DNA from: a virus | DNA: 64,000 nt | Strand: one strand, 5' to 3' | Virus record (IMG/VR): IMGVR_UViG_3300043468_001414 | Span: 1 to 64,000 of that record | Part shown: one piece after another, positions 26,501 through 35,323 of the stretch | Layout of the letters: each line of letters begins with the position of its first letter | Numbering within the stretch: position 1 is the first letter of the stretch | Notes under the pieces: model-generated | What the model was told of the DNA's origin: nothing | The model's database searches: none | Seen by the model: only the letters and a program-made list of their open reading frames with translations | Position numbers and translations under genes: made by a program

Positions 26501-27756
26501 CGGCGGCGCTGGGCGAGGCGTCGAGCGCCGCGCTCGATGCCGAGTTCGGTCCGCGCCATGTGGGACATGTGAAAGAGCGCGATGCGTTGAGCAACCAAAT
26601 AAATGCATCCAAGGAGGTTGCCGAGGCGGAGTCCGCTTTGGAGGCGGCCAATAAAAGCGGAGATCAGCAGAAGATCGGCGAAGCGCAAGCTAATCTTAAC
26701 GCCAAAAAAAATCAGGCCAAAAAAGCCAACGATGTCGCTAGTCAATATAATGTCGATGATCCAGCGGCTCGCGTGAAAGAGCTAGAGGGGTTCATCTTTA
26801 CGAAACAAGGAGCGAACGGCGCTGAGCGCGGGATGACACTTAAGGAGGCCGAGGCCGAGGCTGCGAAGAGCGCTGAGGCAAGTGCGAGTGCTAACGCAAA
26901 GGTTGAAGAGTTGATGCCTGGGCAGATACCTGAAAAGGATTGGAGTTCGCTCAACAATGCGAGGAAGGCCGCCGAAAACGAAGCCAAAGCAGAGCAAGCG
27001 AAGCTTGACAAGATGCAAGAGGGGTCGAGCGAAGTAGGCGCTCGCATCCAGGCCGTGCAGGAGAAAAAAAATCTTTTGACGGGTGGGGACTCGGCGCTAT
27101 GGAGCGACTCGGCAGTGCGGCTGTCTGAGGAACGTGATGTCTTAGCCAAAAAAATGGAAGGCGGCGGCGGCACGGAGGATGATGCAAAGCGGATGGGAGA
27201 GCTGAATGAGCAGCTTTCGGCAAAGGGCATTGGCGAAAAAGAGACGGCTCAAGATGTAAAAAATAAGGTAACGGACTTAACTAACGAGGAGCTTGATCTA
27301 AGGACTCAGCAGGTTGGGGCCAATCGGGACATCGTTCGCAATGCAGAAATTAAAAGCCTTTCCATGCAAGAAAAATACGCTCCGAATCGCGAAGCGGGTG
27401 AAGCGGCCAAGGCTCGGCGCGAGGAATTGGAGGACGAGGCCAAAGTGGAGAGTAAAACGGCGCAATATTCCGAGACTATGGAGTCAGGCAAGGCTAGGGA
27501 GTTGGCTGAAAAAGAGACGGAGCTGGAGAGGGTCGGGATTCGCGCGGAAGAGACTGGGCAGGCCCGGGTGGATAGCTTGACGGCGGTTGGCGGCGGCGCG
27601 ACGGGGTTTATTGGGGCAGACCAAGATCCTGCGAAAAAGACAGCAGACCTTACTGCGCAAATCAAGAGCATTTTAGATTCAGTTACAACAAAATTAGATA
27701 ACCAAACCAGCGAAGCGCAGCGCCTTGCTCAAGAAATGAGAGAAGCTGCTAAATAA
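23518..27756 (+). CDS. Tape measure protein
   Basis: About 1412 aa, A/E/K/Q-rich; FETLLGSA..AK tape-measure motif; hydrophobic stretch; start set by GTTGAC 23497. Confidence 0.9.
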   Translation: MALPGNITPPTGAWKLVKDLVADTVGPMAVLAAGAGAFVKASAGAALNAQQMQQALAASDGADRLKKQFETLLGSASAAKRQVEMLAKAASSGAFTFDSLAQASKNLQVMTNGALNTEQALNKIQDAAAATGAPVDTMAASVADLYSTLKQGQGVEGAADQLKQLGAISDGTAEKIKSLSQAGVGLSTTWQIVEADLKRASGAASELGGTISGLQQQLANIQQSSDTKIGEMFAEGEKAGLRAAIGFQKFSAAVAEANAGPWAAFNEAINTVKESIGGFLGKVAETGAVKGAFQALGVVAIAVLVGINAAIFGVLASIGKFIVATGALRVAMTALGSVMAGFAGFVSVATLGASAAAAAIIGIGVAALNAENNLRGLIEKLKVFTSESDKSASASAGASTNIRSPEEQKKQIDIIDQQLKMLEENKKEGQKTIEQGRENSSANPVFSPIKRFATGPAQVAAGEFLVKDADRRKKELLDLRAKVSQSSVGPDNARFEKEEAQRKQEKEISERARERIQASASPKVAKEMAQQQKEKADRELNEAQVSQKNAFKDEGRLNKASSDFSTGRDNIATARSDFFTAKQSNDEAIEKEVDRLAGGKGLRKRQTPEQIKQLREMATSNLMSDKTFANNQATVDAGLPTEVLSVEGFDQAAQEAKSKSGKLQAERAKRQALLEERESATAAADLAKRQGDSVGGADALRRLADVDLQARNLSDPETGQQLGASALDPEQMRSLDSQISQAKDSEDVGKKRAAKEVADIQVQMTSEAEAADSAANQAAERKLNAERQVAALGSSDRAAKAELEPEIKQLEEKLRAVKALEAAERAYQAAQMGGDSKEIAKASANLNERKIEAAGAGVQQGDTSDSVTQEKSGVEQILKIRQQQYAIEQAAAQARRNEIMQELRLMQQLAQLNLSNATGTTGGGEGVGGDIKEQEGKVAAAQAEVEAANKSGDQQKIGEAQAKLEAEQAKLGQMRADGGDIKEQEGKVAAARAKAAALGEASSAALDAEFGPRHVGHVKERDALSNQINASKEVAEAESALEAANKSGDQQKIGEAQANLNAKKNQAKKANDVASQYNVDDPAARVKELEGFIFTKQGANGAERGMTLKEAEAEAAKSAEASASANAKVEELMPGQIPEKDWSSLNNARKAAENEAKAEQAKLDKMQEGSSEVGARIQAVQEKKNLLTGGDSALWSDSAVRLSEERDVLAKKMEGGGGTEDDAKRMGELNEQLSAKGIGEKETAQDVKNKVTDLTNEELDLRTQQVGANRDIVRNAEIKSLSMQEKYAPNREAGEAAKARREELEDEAKVESKTAQYSETMESGKARELAEKETELERVGIRAEETGQARVDSLTAVGGGATGFIGADQDPAKKTADLTAQIKSILDSVTTKLDNQTSEAQRLAQEMREAAK

Positions 27757-27758
27757 TT

Positions 27759-28499
27759 ATGCCAGTCAAAAAAATAACAGGCGCAGCTCATATCCCCTAT
27801 GTGGTGAAGGATGTAAGCAATCTTTATGATGGCCGCACAATCGTGATGAAGCAATTGGTTCCCACGGACGGGAGTGGGGCGATTGGGCTGAGTCAGCTTG
27901 CTCCTCCTGATCCTGGTGTTCCTTGTGGGATAGATAGCATTAATGTTTCTGTTGAGGATGGGGTTGCGGCGATTGAGTGGACTTTTCGGACTCAGTTTGA
28001 TGATCCGAGCGGCGGGGGCGGAGGTGGCGCAGGTGGCGGAACCTCTCCTGTTTATGAATTAGAGGGTTCTACATCCCAAGAGCCGATCACAAGTCATCCG
28101 AATTACGCAGATTTGTTTAATAAATATAACGGGAAAGAACAAGATGGGTCGGTGGTCTGGGCGATGAAAGATCCAGATGGCGGGGCTGGCGCGACAGGGC
28201 TTGCTTCGGGTGGGGGCGAGGCCTTGAGTCCTATGTATGGCGTTACAGATTATATGGCGGCAAATGCCGTTTACAAAGTTACGGAATACTATAGAACCAT
28301 TGGCGCTATCCCTGGGGACTTGGTTTCCATGTGCGGAAAGATTAATGACGCGGAGGGTCTTGATGCGAGTGGAGTAGCGGGAAGGTGGCTTCGAAGTGGG
28401 GCTTCTGTGCGGCAGATGGGCGATTCGTTTCAGGTTACTAAAATGTGGATGGCGAGCCAAAGCGAAAAAAATCTTTGGAAAAGCGAGATTTATGGCTAA
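27759..28499 (+). CDS. Tail tip protein, family A copy 1
   Basis: QEPITSHPNY...PMYGVTDY; directly after the tape measure. Confidence 0.6.
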   Translation: MPVKKITGAAHIPYVVKDVSNLYDGRTIVMKQLVPTDGSGAIGLSQLAPPDPGVPCGIDSINVSVEDGVAAIEWTFRTQFDDPSGGGGGGAGGGTSPVYELEGSTSQEPITSHPNYADLFNKYNGKEQDGSVVWAMKDPDGGAGATGLASGGGEALSPMYGVTDYMAANAVYKVTEYYRTIGAIPGDLVSMCGKINDAEGLDASGVAGRWLRSGASVRQMGDSFQVTKMWMASQSEKNLWKSEIYG

Positions 28500-29250
28500 A
28501 AAAATTGGCGACGAGGCGTCCGAGGAGCTGGTTTCCGTAACATGGAAGCGTCCGGGGACTCTCGATGTCTTGGTATGCAAGGTAGGGCAGGCCACAGGGT
28601 CTGTTGATTATTCAAAAGTTTTTTTAGGATTGATTAATCCGAAGTTAATTGAAAGCTACACGGAAAATAAATCGGGAATTCTTTACAGGTATAGCAAATA
28701 TCGGATTGGTTTTCCTTTCGCTTCGCCTACGGCGTTTAACTCAGACGATGAAAAGGAGTCGTGGTCGGCGGATGTTATTTTAAATCAAAGGAAAATTACG
28801 CTGCATCCTAAATTTAAGTCTATTTTGGAGGCCGGTTGGGGTGTCGTGGTCAATGACGAGGTGATTTGGCCTCGTATGATATACAAGAAAAAAGAGGCGA
28901 AAGGAGGGGCTGAATTTAAAGGCGGAAAGGCGAAGGGAGATGAAGAGGAAGATGAGGAAAAAGAGGAGCCTGTTCAGAATCCGTTTTTTGGTTTGAAAAC
29001 TTATTTTGCTCCAGCGCTCCGAGTGACGAGGGAGAGATTCAGCGATCAAAGCGGGATTTCGGCGGAGCTTTTGGATGGGATGGCGCAATTTGACGACTCG
29101 GATGCTGCTCGTCGCATTCCATTTGCAGATGTTCGCGCTGTAAAATCGGGTGTATCCGTGAGCAGTTCCCGAAGTGACAAGGTTGTGAAGACGACTTGGT
29201 TGTTTGATCCAAATATTCCAGAGCCTGTCTACGAGGAGAAGGTGAAATGA
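28492..29250 (+). CDS. Tail tip protein, family A copy 2
   Basis: QRKITLHPKF...NPFFGLKTY. Confidence 0.6.
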   Translation: MAKKIGDEASEELVSVTWKRPGTLDVLVCKVGQATGSVDYSKVFLGLINPKLIESYTENKSGILYRYSKYRIGFPFASPTAFNSDDEKESWSADVILNQRKITLHPKFKSILEAGWGVVVNDEVIWPRMIYKKKEAKGGAEFKGGKAKGDEEEDEEKEEPVQNPFFGLKTYFAPALRVTRERFSDQSGISAELLDGMAQFDDSDAARRIPFADVRAVKSGVSVSSSRSDKVVKTTWLFDPNIPEPVYEEKVK

Positions 29251-30002
29251 TATTTCTTATTCCGTTTTTAGAGAAAAGACTCAGTGTGTCTGGCGCGGAT
29301 GGCGTCAAGGTAATCCAACAGGGGAAGAAATCATTTCTCGTGGGGCGGCGGAGGCCAGAGGCTATGGTGGGATCGTGGGATGTTTCGGTGGATATAGTTA
29401 ATAAAAAAGTATTTATCGGAAAGGGGTATGTGGATGAGTTGGAGCCCAAATTAGATGATGAGCCTATCAGTGGGTTTTATCACGACGGAACCGAGAGTGA
29501 TGTGAGGCCCTCCTTGCCTCTGGGGTCTGGAATCCAATGTGTGGCGCTTAAGATCACTCCGAACGCCAAGGGGAGGGTTGCAGGAAAAGATTATCTGGCA
29601 GACAGCTCTTTGATTGTAGAAATGAAAACATTAGATGACATAACGGCGTATTCCGAAGATGAATTTCTGGTGCCGCTGGCGATAGTGGACGATGGCGGTA
29701 AGGTTATGCAAATAGCTTACTTTAATTATAGTTATAAAAAAGATATTATAAAAAAAGAGCACTACCTTTTTTCTGTTGCTGCCTTAACGCGATCGATCAA
29801 TGACAGTAGCGTGGAGGGCTTAAAAAAAGAAGAGTCATTGAATAAGCGCGAAGAATTACGGAAAGAGTTTCTTAAATCCAGCATTTCTGCGGCCAAGATG
29901 GACCCGGATTTCCCGTATCCAGCGGCTGATGGCACAGGCAGCTCAAGCCCTGCGAAATTTATGGCTGATAAATTTCTGGCAAAAATGGTTCGGGTTGGTT
30001 GA
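29247..30002 (+). CDS. Tail protein, family B copy 1
   Basis: IGKGYVDELEP...PLAIV...QIAYFNY. Confidence 0.55.
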   Translation: MIFLIPFLEKRLSVSGADGVKVIQQGKKSFLVGRRRPEAMVGSWDVSVDIVNKKVFIGKGYVDELEPKLDDEPISGFYHDGTESDVRPSLPLGSGIQCVALKITPNAKGRVAGKDYLADSSLIVEMKTLDDITAYSEDEFLVPLAIVDDGGKVMQIAYFNYSYKKDIIKKEHYLFSVAALTRSINDSSVEGLKKEESLNKREELRKEFLKSSISAAKMDPDFPYPAADGTGSSSPAKFMADKFLAKMVRVG

Positions 30003-30018
30003 CCGTTCGCGTTTTTTT

Positions 30019-30717
30019 ATGCCGACATACGCTCTCAGGTCTATTAATTGGCGCCGCCCAGGACGGATTGATGTCGTTATCTCAGCGGTTGGCAAGAAAG
30101 GTGAGAGTTTCGCTGCGCCTAGCGCGAAGCAGCATGTCCCTGCGTTTGAAGGGCGATTAATACAGACTGAGCGGATAGAAAGAGGGAAGAATATTTCTGA
30201 GCGAGTCTGGACATTTCGGCAGGCTAAAGCCTTGCCTGGTGGCGGCGGCGGTGGCGGCGGTGGCGGTGGCGGTAGCGATATTTTCTGGTCTATGGATGTG
30301 TCGCTGATGCAGGCACCTATTACTTCTCATCCGAATCTTAAGAAAATCCTTGCGGCGGGGGGTGGGACTATAAAAAACGGCGAGGTGGACTGGCCTCAGT
30401 ATATAAACGGGAAAAAAAACCCGTGGTATGGGACGAGTGATTTTTTAATTCCTTCCGTGAGAGTTACAAAGGAGTTCGTCGACGCTGGGGTTGCGGGCGG
30501 GAAGCTTTCTATGAATTCAATCGATGAGGTGGGGTATTCGGAGGCTGCCTTGGCTTCGGGTTTTACTACCGCCGCATCTTTCGGGGCGGGGCGAAAAGCG
30601 TGGTTGCTGGAGTCTCACAGTGCGCGATCAAGTGGGGAAGGGTATCAGGCCTCTCGGGTCTGGCGATATGGGGGCGTCTTGGGTTGGCTCGATGCTGTTT
30701 ATCAAAAAGATTATTAG
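30019..30717 (+). CDS. Tail tip protein, family A copy 3
   Basis: QAPITSHPNL...NPWYGTSDF; poly-Gly linker as in copy 1. Confidence 0.6.
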   Translation: MPTYALRSINWRRPGRIDVVISAVGKKGESFAAPSAKQHVPAFEGRLIQTERIERGKNISERVWTFRQAKALPGGGGGGGGGGGGSDIFWSMDVSLMQAPITSHPNLKKILAAGGGTIKNGEVDWPQYINGKKNPWYGTSDFLIPSVRVTKEFVDAGVAGGKLSMNSIDEVGYSEAALASGFTTAASFGAGRKAWLLESHSARSSGEGYQASRVWRYGGVLGWLDAVYQKDY

Positions 30718-30719
30718 CC

Positions 30720-31163
30720 ATGAGAATGCCTTTTTCCGTTAATGGAGGGATTGTTGATGGCCAGTGCGCTTTTGTGATTTCAAAGGGGTTTGTGAATGGG
30801 GTGGAGCCGACGATCAATGGAGTTCCTATAAGCGGAGTGCCAGGGTCCCCTCCTCCGGAGGTGGTTGGCAAGGTGGAATTTGATAGATACAAGAGGTGTT
30901 ATGTATGTCTTAAAATGGTGGTGGATGATGAGGGGAAGGCGGATGGCAGTAATTATGCAAGCATTGTCATATCGAAGGGGATCAGAAAAGACCACAAGCT
31001 CGGCCCGGAGGCGTGGCTTCATCCCTTGGCGGTGATCGCGCAGTGCGAGGCGGGCTACACAATATGCCAAAATGTTTATTTTAATCTGATTCATTGGGTT
31101 GGGCCTGGCGGAGGGGATAGCCTTAGCGCGGCCTCGTATCATCACTATTTTTCTTCGATATGA
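30720..31163 (+). CDS. Tail protein, family B copy 2
   Basis: ISKGFVNGVEP...PLAVI...QNVYFNL. Confidence 0.55.
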   Translation: MRMPFSVNGGIVDGQCAFVISKGFVNGVEPTINGVPISGVPGSPPPEVVGKVEFDRYKRCYVCLKMVVDDEGKADGSNYASIVISKGIRKDHKLGPEAWLHPLAVIAQCEAGYTICQNVYFNLIHWVGPGGGDSLSAASYHHYFSSI

Positions 31164-32251
31164 AGCTTGATTTGCAATGCAGCGGCGGGATTAGCTCAAG
31201 AAAGCTTGGAGCGAGTGTGGTAGCTTACGATCGCGGGGGTAGGTTCGGGCAGGTCAGGGTGGGTAATAAATTAATGATTACCCCGCCCCCGCCGCTGAAG
31301 AGTTTTGCGCATCCGTGGCAGACGAGTGTGAGGTGGTATAAGGACGATGAGGGGTTGAAAAATTTAAAAGGCGAGGCAATAGAGGGGTTCGGCGCGACAA
31401 TCAATCCGGGGCTTGTCGGGGGGCTTGATCCTGTGGCGTTCGGCGCGTGGAGTGATAGTAAATTTTTAGCCGACGTGCCCGCGCAGGGGGAGTATAGTAA
31501 GGCTCCCGGCTTGATGGATAATCCTATCGTTCCGATGTTCCCTCGCGCGTTTCGTATTGTTTCTAGGACTAATCAGCCCTTTGTGAGGTTGCCGGCGGGA
31601 TTGCAGGCGCTTGGGGTGGATTACGAGCAGGGAGAAATTTCCTCAGTTCAAGGCCAGTTTCAGCAGAATGCGGAAAAGGAGCAGCTCTATGCGGGGCATT
31701 GCGGGATCTATCTCAGGGTGGCTCGGCCTCGGGTGGCCGAGAAAGGTGATATTACGGGAGGGTTGTTTGAGGGAACCACTTTTAGGAACAAGTATGACAT
31801 GGCTAATTTATCTAAGTGGGGGAGGAGGGCGCAGGTCATGGTTGGCACGCCGCCGCCCAATCCTCCGCTACCAACAGGACCGGGGGACAAACCTGCCGAT
31901 TTGGGATTTGATTATTTCCCGATCGTGGATGTTTTTATCGTTTCTCCAAAAGTTCCGAGGAAAGATGAACGGGGTAACATGATCCTTGATGGGGGTTGGA
32001 TCCCTTTCGTGAGGCATCGGTGTTTTTGGAATTTGGACTACAGGTATGATCCGAAGCTTTTAGGGCAACCGTTTCAGCTGGGTGGAGAGGTAACTAGGTC
32101 GTTTGCCGGGATATTAGGCGTGCTCGGCGGCGGGTCGGGTTTTTTAGCGGCGGCTTCACAGGCGGCGCTCGAGGGGGAGCTTAACAGGGCTCTCGCTGAT
32201 GCTGCGGCGAGGTCTGCAATCAACAGCATGAAGGGTAATTTTTTTAGTTGA
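31160..32251 (+). CDS. Tail protein, family B copy 3 (diverged)
   Basis: INPGLVGGLDP...PIVDV...HRCFWNL. Confidence 0.5.
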   Translation: MKLDLQCSGGISSRKLGASVVAYDRGGRFGQVRVGNKLMITPPPPLKSFAHPWQTSVRWYKDDEGLKNLKGEAIEGFGATINPGLVGGLDPVAFGAWSDSKFLADVPAQGEYSKAPGLMDNPIVPMFPRAFRIVSRTNQPFVRLPAGLQALGVDYEQGEISSVQGQFQQNAEKEQLYAGHCGIYLRVARPRVAEKGDITGGLFEGTTFRNKYDMANLSKWGRRAQVMVGTPPPNPPLPTGPGDKPADLGFDYFPIVDVFIVSPKVPRKDERGNMILDGGWIPFVRHRCFWNLDYRYDPKLLGQPFQLGGEVTRSFAGILGVLGGGSGFLAAASQAALEGELNRALADAAARSAINSMKGNFFS

Positions 32252-32268
32252 CGCTTGGCTTTTGAACG

Positions 32269-35200
32269 ATGGCGGATTTTGAGTATATTGTCGCAGATTT
32301 AACGAATTCAAGGGTATTGACGCCTGCTGGGCAGGCGGCCTCATTTAGTTGGGTCGCAGGTCAAACCGTAAAATATGCTTTAAAATTCAAGCAGACCAGC
32401 TCCGTGGGGAAGCAGGAGAATGTCGCGATCGACGTAATCAATTTAAGGGCGGCCATCGGTCGGGAAGGGGCTTGGCCGGAAAGCGGATGGTATCAAATTA
32501 AAATTGGAGACGCGCCAATTTCTAAAGCCAATACAACTCCCCGGCTCGATTGGAATGCTGGGGCGCTAGATGTTGAGGCGGCATTAAATACAATAGGGAT
32601 TAGTCCTGGAGATTTTGAGTGCGATCAAGGGAACGGGGCGATTTCGATTAGGAGGGCGACTGGTGAGGACTTCAAGATATCCATCATTTCAGATGGTTTG
32701 ATCCCTGCGTCTTACGCAAGGATTGGGGGCGGGCAGAAAATCACTCCCAGAAGCGCGCGAGTCGATATTGGCGCCATCCGTTTTACAGCGAATTTGAAAG
32801 GAAGTTCTGGGAATTCCATTTCCATTGAATACACGAAAGGGGTTGCGGCGCGGCCTCTTCTTGTTCGGGTTGATGGGTATCGGATTTTCGTGGATCTCGG
32901 GATGGAGGCGGTCTTGTCTGCAGGGGTTGTTGTCGGGCATAAAATTTCAACGACGGAAGCTGATATTTTGGCGGCCGTTAATTCATTTGCCTCTCAGCTT
33001 GTGAGGGCGGAGTCCGTTTTAGATTCCACTTCACTTGTCGGGGCCGTAGGGGAAGTGGGGCAATCTTATCTTACGGGAGGGCTAGATGGTGGAGGGTATG
33101 AGTATTTATTTGAATTAGCTCAAGCTCCTGTTGTTTTTTCTGATTGGGCGGGGGCAGAACTGCCGCCAAAGCCTTTTATTACCAAAATACAAGCTGGTGG
33201 TCAGACGGGTGGTTATCCGCAGGTTAAATGGCCTGACATTCAAGCCCTTCATCTTCCTCCGGATTTTGAGGGAAATTATCAGTTTTATCGCAGATCGAAA
33301 TTTAAGCGCAGCGCATTACTTTCAAAGCTGGATGGCGCGGTTAAAATTCAAAAAGTTATTACTGATTTGATGGTGGATGAGGGGGCTTCCATGAAAGTAA
33401 CGAATCCTTCAAATAATATCGCTCATATTGAGTTTGGCGGGGATTTGCTTGGGTATGATATTGAGAATTTGGAAATCGTGGTCTACTCGGCCCCGCCTCC
33501 TGACATTACTTTTACGCTGGATTTCAGTAATGCCTCTGTGGCTGGAATGCTGCGAGATAGGGATTCTGTAACGCTGCCATTTGAAGTAGATGCAACGGTC
33601 TGGGTAGATTCCAGAGATAAATCAAAGGGGACTCGAACAATAAAGCTATGGAAAACGACTGCCACGATCTCCAAGAATCTTCTTTGGGATGGCATGGCGG
33701 CGCTCCCGCCAATTAATTGGGCGGCTCGCCCCTCGCCGGTGGATTATGTTCCATTTTCAAAAACGCAATATTTAACAGGGCAGCAGGCGGCGTATAGCGC
33801 TGTTGTGGGTAATGGGAGTTCGAAAGTATTTATTGTGAGTCATAATCTCGGTGGGGAAGACGGGACTGGAATTGTTGCTGTATCGCTTCGCGAGAATATT
33901 ACGCGCGGAAGACAGCTTGCTAGTGATGAGTATGTTTTGAGATTTATAGACTCCAACTCCTTAGAGATTACCTTTGAGGAGACTCCTCTCGAGTCGGGGA
34001 TTGCCGTGGTGGTTGTCGGGTATGGGCCTAAAAGTGCTTTTACGATTCACACGCATCCGATTGATCAAGTAAAAACTATTACAGAGGCTGGAGCGACAAG
34101 CGAGTCCTTGCGCGTTATTCTTGATGAATTTAACCTAAGGATCGCTCGGCTCGAGAACTTGTATAGGGGTGACCCGGTTGCTTTGCCTAGCGGTCTCAGC
34201 AAAAAGAAAACAAGCATTCCTGTAATCGGCGAAATTCTTCCGGATATACTCCTTGTGGATTCTGATGGGGAGACCACGATCGCCTCGCAGGTTGTGGCTG
34301 CTCAGAATCCAAAGGTAAATCCCGGATCGCCTCGTGCCGATTCTGCTCCGAAGCCTTTGCCTGGCACGGAAATGGCCGACAAAATGAAAGAGCTTGAGGC
34401 GCAAATTAAGCTTCTTGAGGCGACAAAGGCGGCGGAGACAAAAGCTGCCGCTGAGGCTGCTGTCGCACAAGCGAAGGAAGTGGAGGAGAGGGTAAAGCAA
34501 GAAGAAGCGGAGAAGCCTTCTGAAATTATTACTACTATTACTATCAAGGGAATTTACGAGGCATCTCAGCAAGGCAAAGTTTCAGTGGTCTATCCTGCAA
34601 TGAGGGGCGGCAAGTATCCGATGCTTTTGCCTGCCGTGCATGCGGCAACTCCTGTTAGCACGACGATTGTTCCGAGCGGGTTCACGGCGGGTCTGTTTGT
34701 GAATTCTGGAAGTTCGGCAATCGTCCTGCCTGGCGGAGGAGGGAGGAAGTCGCAGAGCGTTGCTCCTGGGGGTCTCTTCGGCGGTGACGGGCGGGCGTAT
34801 TATTCGGTAAGGCGCAGCGGTAATTCGAACACTTATCATCCTATCGAAATGGAGCGTGATTTGTTCCGTGTCATTATTCGCTCGGGAATGTTCCCTGCTG
34901 ATAGCATATTAAAAATTCCTTTCTCCATTGATTTTAATTTTGCAACAAGCTCCCTGTCTGCTGGGGCTGGTTACTTTTTGAGAATCGAGGCGCAGGAGTT
35001 GCCTGATGCGCTGAATCCTTCGCCGACCTCTGAAAATGTCGGAGGGCTTGGGGCTAATATGCTTCTTGGATCGTCGAGAATATCTCTTTCGGCGGGAGTG
35101 AAGGAGCAGAGGAAATTTTCTCTGATGATGACCAATAACTCGGAGCGAGTCACAGAGTTTACTGATTTCGGTAAAAAATCTGTCGGGCCTCAATTCCCGC

Positions 35201-35322
35201 AAGGGGACTTCTTGCTTTCGGCTCGGTTGGCTCAATGGGATGTGGATGATAGCACCTCATTGCCGACAGGCCAAGTGGGAATACTTGTGCCTGACATGCA
35301 AATCATTATTGAGCAATTATAA
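32269..35322 (+). CDS. Large tail/baseplate structural protein
   Basis: 1017 aa, beta-rich with a short coiled coil; C-terminus similar to the next gene. Confidence 0.6.
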   Translation: MADFEYIVADLTNSRVLTPAGQAASFSWVAGQTVKYALKFKQTSSVGKQENVAIDVINLRAAIGREGAWPESGWYQIKIGDAPISKANTTPRLDWNAGALDVEAALNTIGISPGDFECDQGNGAISIRRATGEDFKISIISDGLIPASYARIGGGQKITPRSARVDIGAIRFTANLKGSSGNSISIEYTKGVAARPLLVRVDGYRIFVDLGMEAVLSAGVVVGHKISTTEADILAAVNSFASQLVRAESVLDSTSLVGAVGEVGQSYLTGGLDGGGYEYLFELAQAPVVFSDWAGAELPPKPFITKIQAGGQTGGYPQVKWPDIQALHLPPDFEGNYQFYRRSKFKRSALLSKLDGAVKIQKVITDLMVDEGASMKVTNPSNNIAHIEFGGDLLGYDIENLEIVVYSAPPPDITFTLDFSNASVAGMLRDRDSVTLPFEVDATVWVDSRDKSKGTRTIKLWKTTATISKNLLWDGMAALPPINWAARPSPVDYVPFSKTQYLTGQQAAYSAVVGNGSSKVFIVSHNLGGEDGTGIVAVSLRENITRGRQLASDEYVLRFIDSNSLEITFEETPLESGIAVVVVGYGPKSAFTIHTHPIDQVKTITEAGATSESLRVILDEFNLRIARLENLYRGDPVALPSGLSKKKTSIPVIGEILPDILLVDSDGETTIASQVVAAQNPKVNPGSPRADSAPKPLPGTEMADKMKELEAQIKLLEATKAAETKAAAEAAVAQAKEVEERVKQEEAEKPSEIITTITIKGIYEASQQGKVSVVYPAMRGGKYPMLLPAVHAATPVSTTIVPSGFTAGLFVNSGSSAIVLPGGGGRKSQSVAPGGLFGGDGRAYYSVRRSGNSNTYHPIEMERDLFRVIIRSGMFPADSILKIPFSIDFNFATSSLSAGAGYFLRIEAQELPDALNPSPTSENVGGLGANMLLGSSRISLSAGVKEQRKFSLMMTNNSERVTEFTDFGKKSVGPQFPQGDFLLSARLAQWDVDDSTSLPTGQVGILVPDMQIIIEQL

Positions 35323-35323
35323 T

